Shown here: positions 63,515 to 64,000 of the stretch, piece by piece | How the letters are laid out: every line of letters begins with the position of its first letter | Position numbering within the stretch: position 1 is the first letter of the stretch | Assembly: GCA_043228905.1 (NCBI GenBank) | Contig: JBHGNT010000009.1 | Span: forward strand, 12,524,001 to 12,588,000 | DNA: 64,000 nt | Source of the DNA: Azolla caroliniana | Taxonomy: Eukaryota; Plantae; Polypodiophyta | Reading direction: 5' to 3' | Position numbers and translations under genes: made by a program | The notes under the pieces: generated by a model | What the model saw: the letters and a program-made list of their open reading frames with translations, nothing else | The model's database searches: none | What the model was told of the DNA's origin: nothing

Positions 63515-64000
63515 TAATTACAATCGATGAAATAGAATTACTATATCCGCTCACCACAAAATCAATCATACAGGGTTCCCATGACATCCCCCATCTCTAG
63601 ATACATCGATCCTTATAGGCCTATACAGTCCCGTGTAAATAAAAGCCAATCCAAATGATGGACATGATGCCTTGCCGACCTACAAATCCCTAATTCCTCC
63701 TTTTTCAACCTCCATTAAGGAAAACTACCATACCAGTATACCTTTTAATCCCGTTATCTCCAATACCTTAGATATTGAAAAGCTATCTCAAAATGTGGAG
63801 AAGGCATTATCAATTCCACATGATACAAACCCATTGAAAAGGGGATTTGGGCGCACTGCTTATAGAAGCTCAGTGGCTCATCAGTGGACAACTCATAAAT
63901 GGATGCCGACTATGTTCCTCTCAAAGTGTGCAGAACAAACACATTCCAGACAAAAAACTTCATCTTTACAAAGCAGCTCCCAGAGATAATCCACCCAGAA

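Overview
Eukaryotic land-plant genomic DNA. It is TE-rich with >11 kb introns, and the TE families suggest a large-genome non-seed plant such as a fern or lycophyte (inference). There are two host genes, both on the + strand. The first is the 3' part of an NPC1 (Niemann-Pick C1-like sterol transporter) gene (13 exons, 1..15281), with an 11.15 kb TE-filled intron and a GC-AG intron. The second is the 5' part of a pseudouridine-5'-phosphate glycosidase gene (PUMY/PsuG, with an N-terminal PTS2; 47606..>63065), with an 11.5 kb TE-filled intron. Between them lies a ~30 kb nest: a degenerate hAT transposase, two related Ty1/copia elements in opposite orientation, two Ty3/gypsy elements, several solo LTRs and an RTEX-like LINE. 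All TEs are decayed. The most unusual signals are: (1) unrelated sequences each amplified into short tandem arrays of 134, 154, 170 and 147 bp, three of them six copies long; (2) a gypsy family with 4-bp CpG-centred target sites, a G_GAU_UUU_UAG -1 frameshift signal between protease and RT, and a tRNA-like Pol III A/B-box cassette in one solo LTR; (3) an extra ORF downstream of a gypsy integrase, recoverable by removing a nested insertion; (4) an in-frame higher-order 72-bp repeat inside a copia pol; (5) a back-to-back chimera of two copia fragments patched into a LINE. Coordinates were read by eye and no database searches were run.
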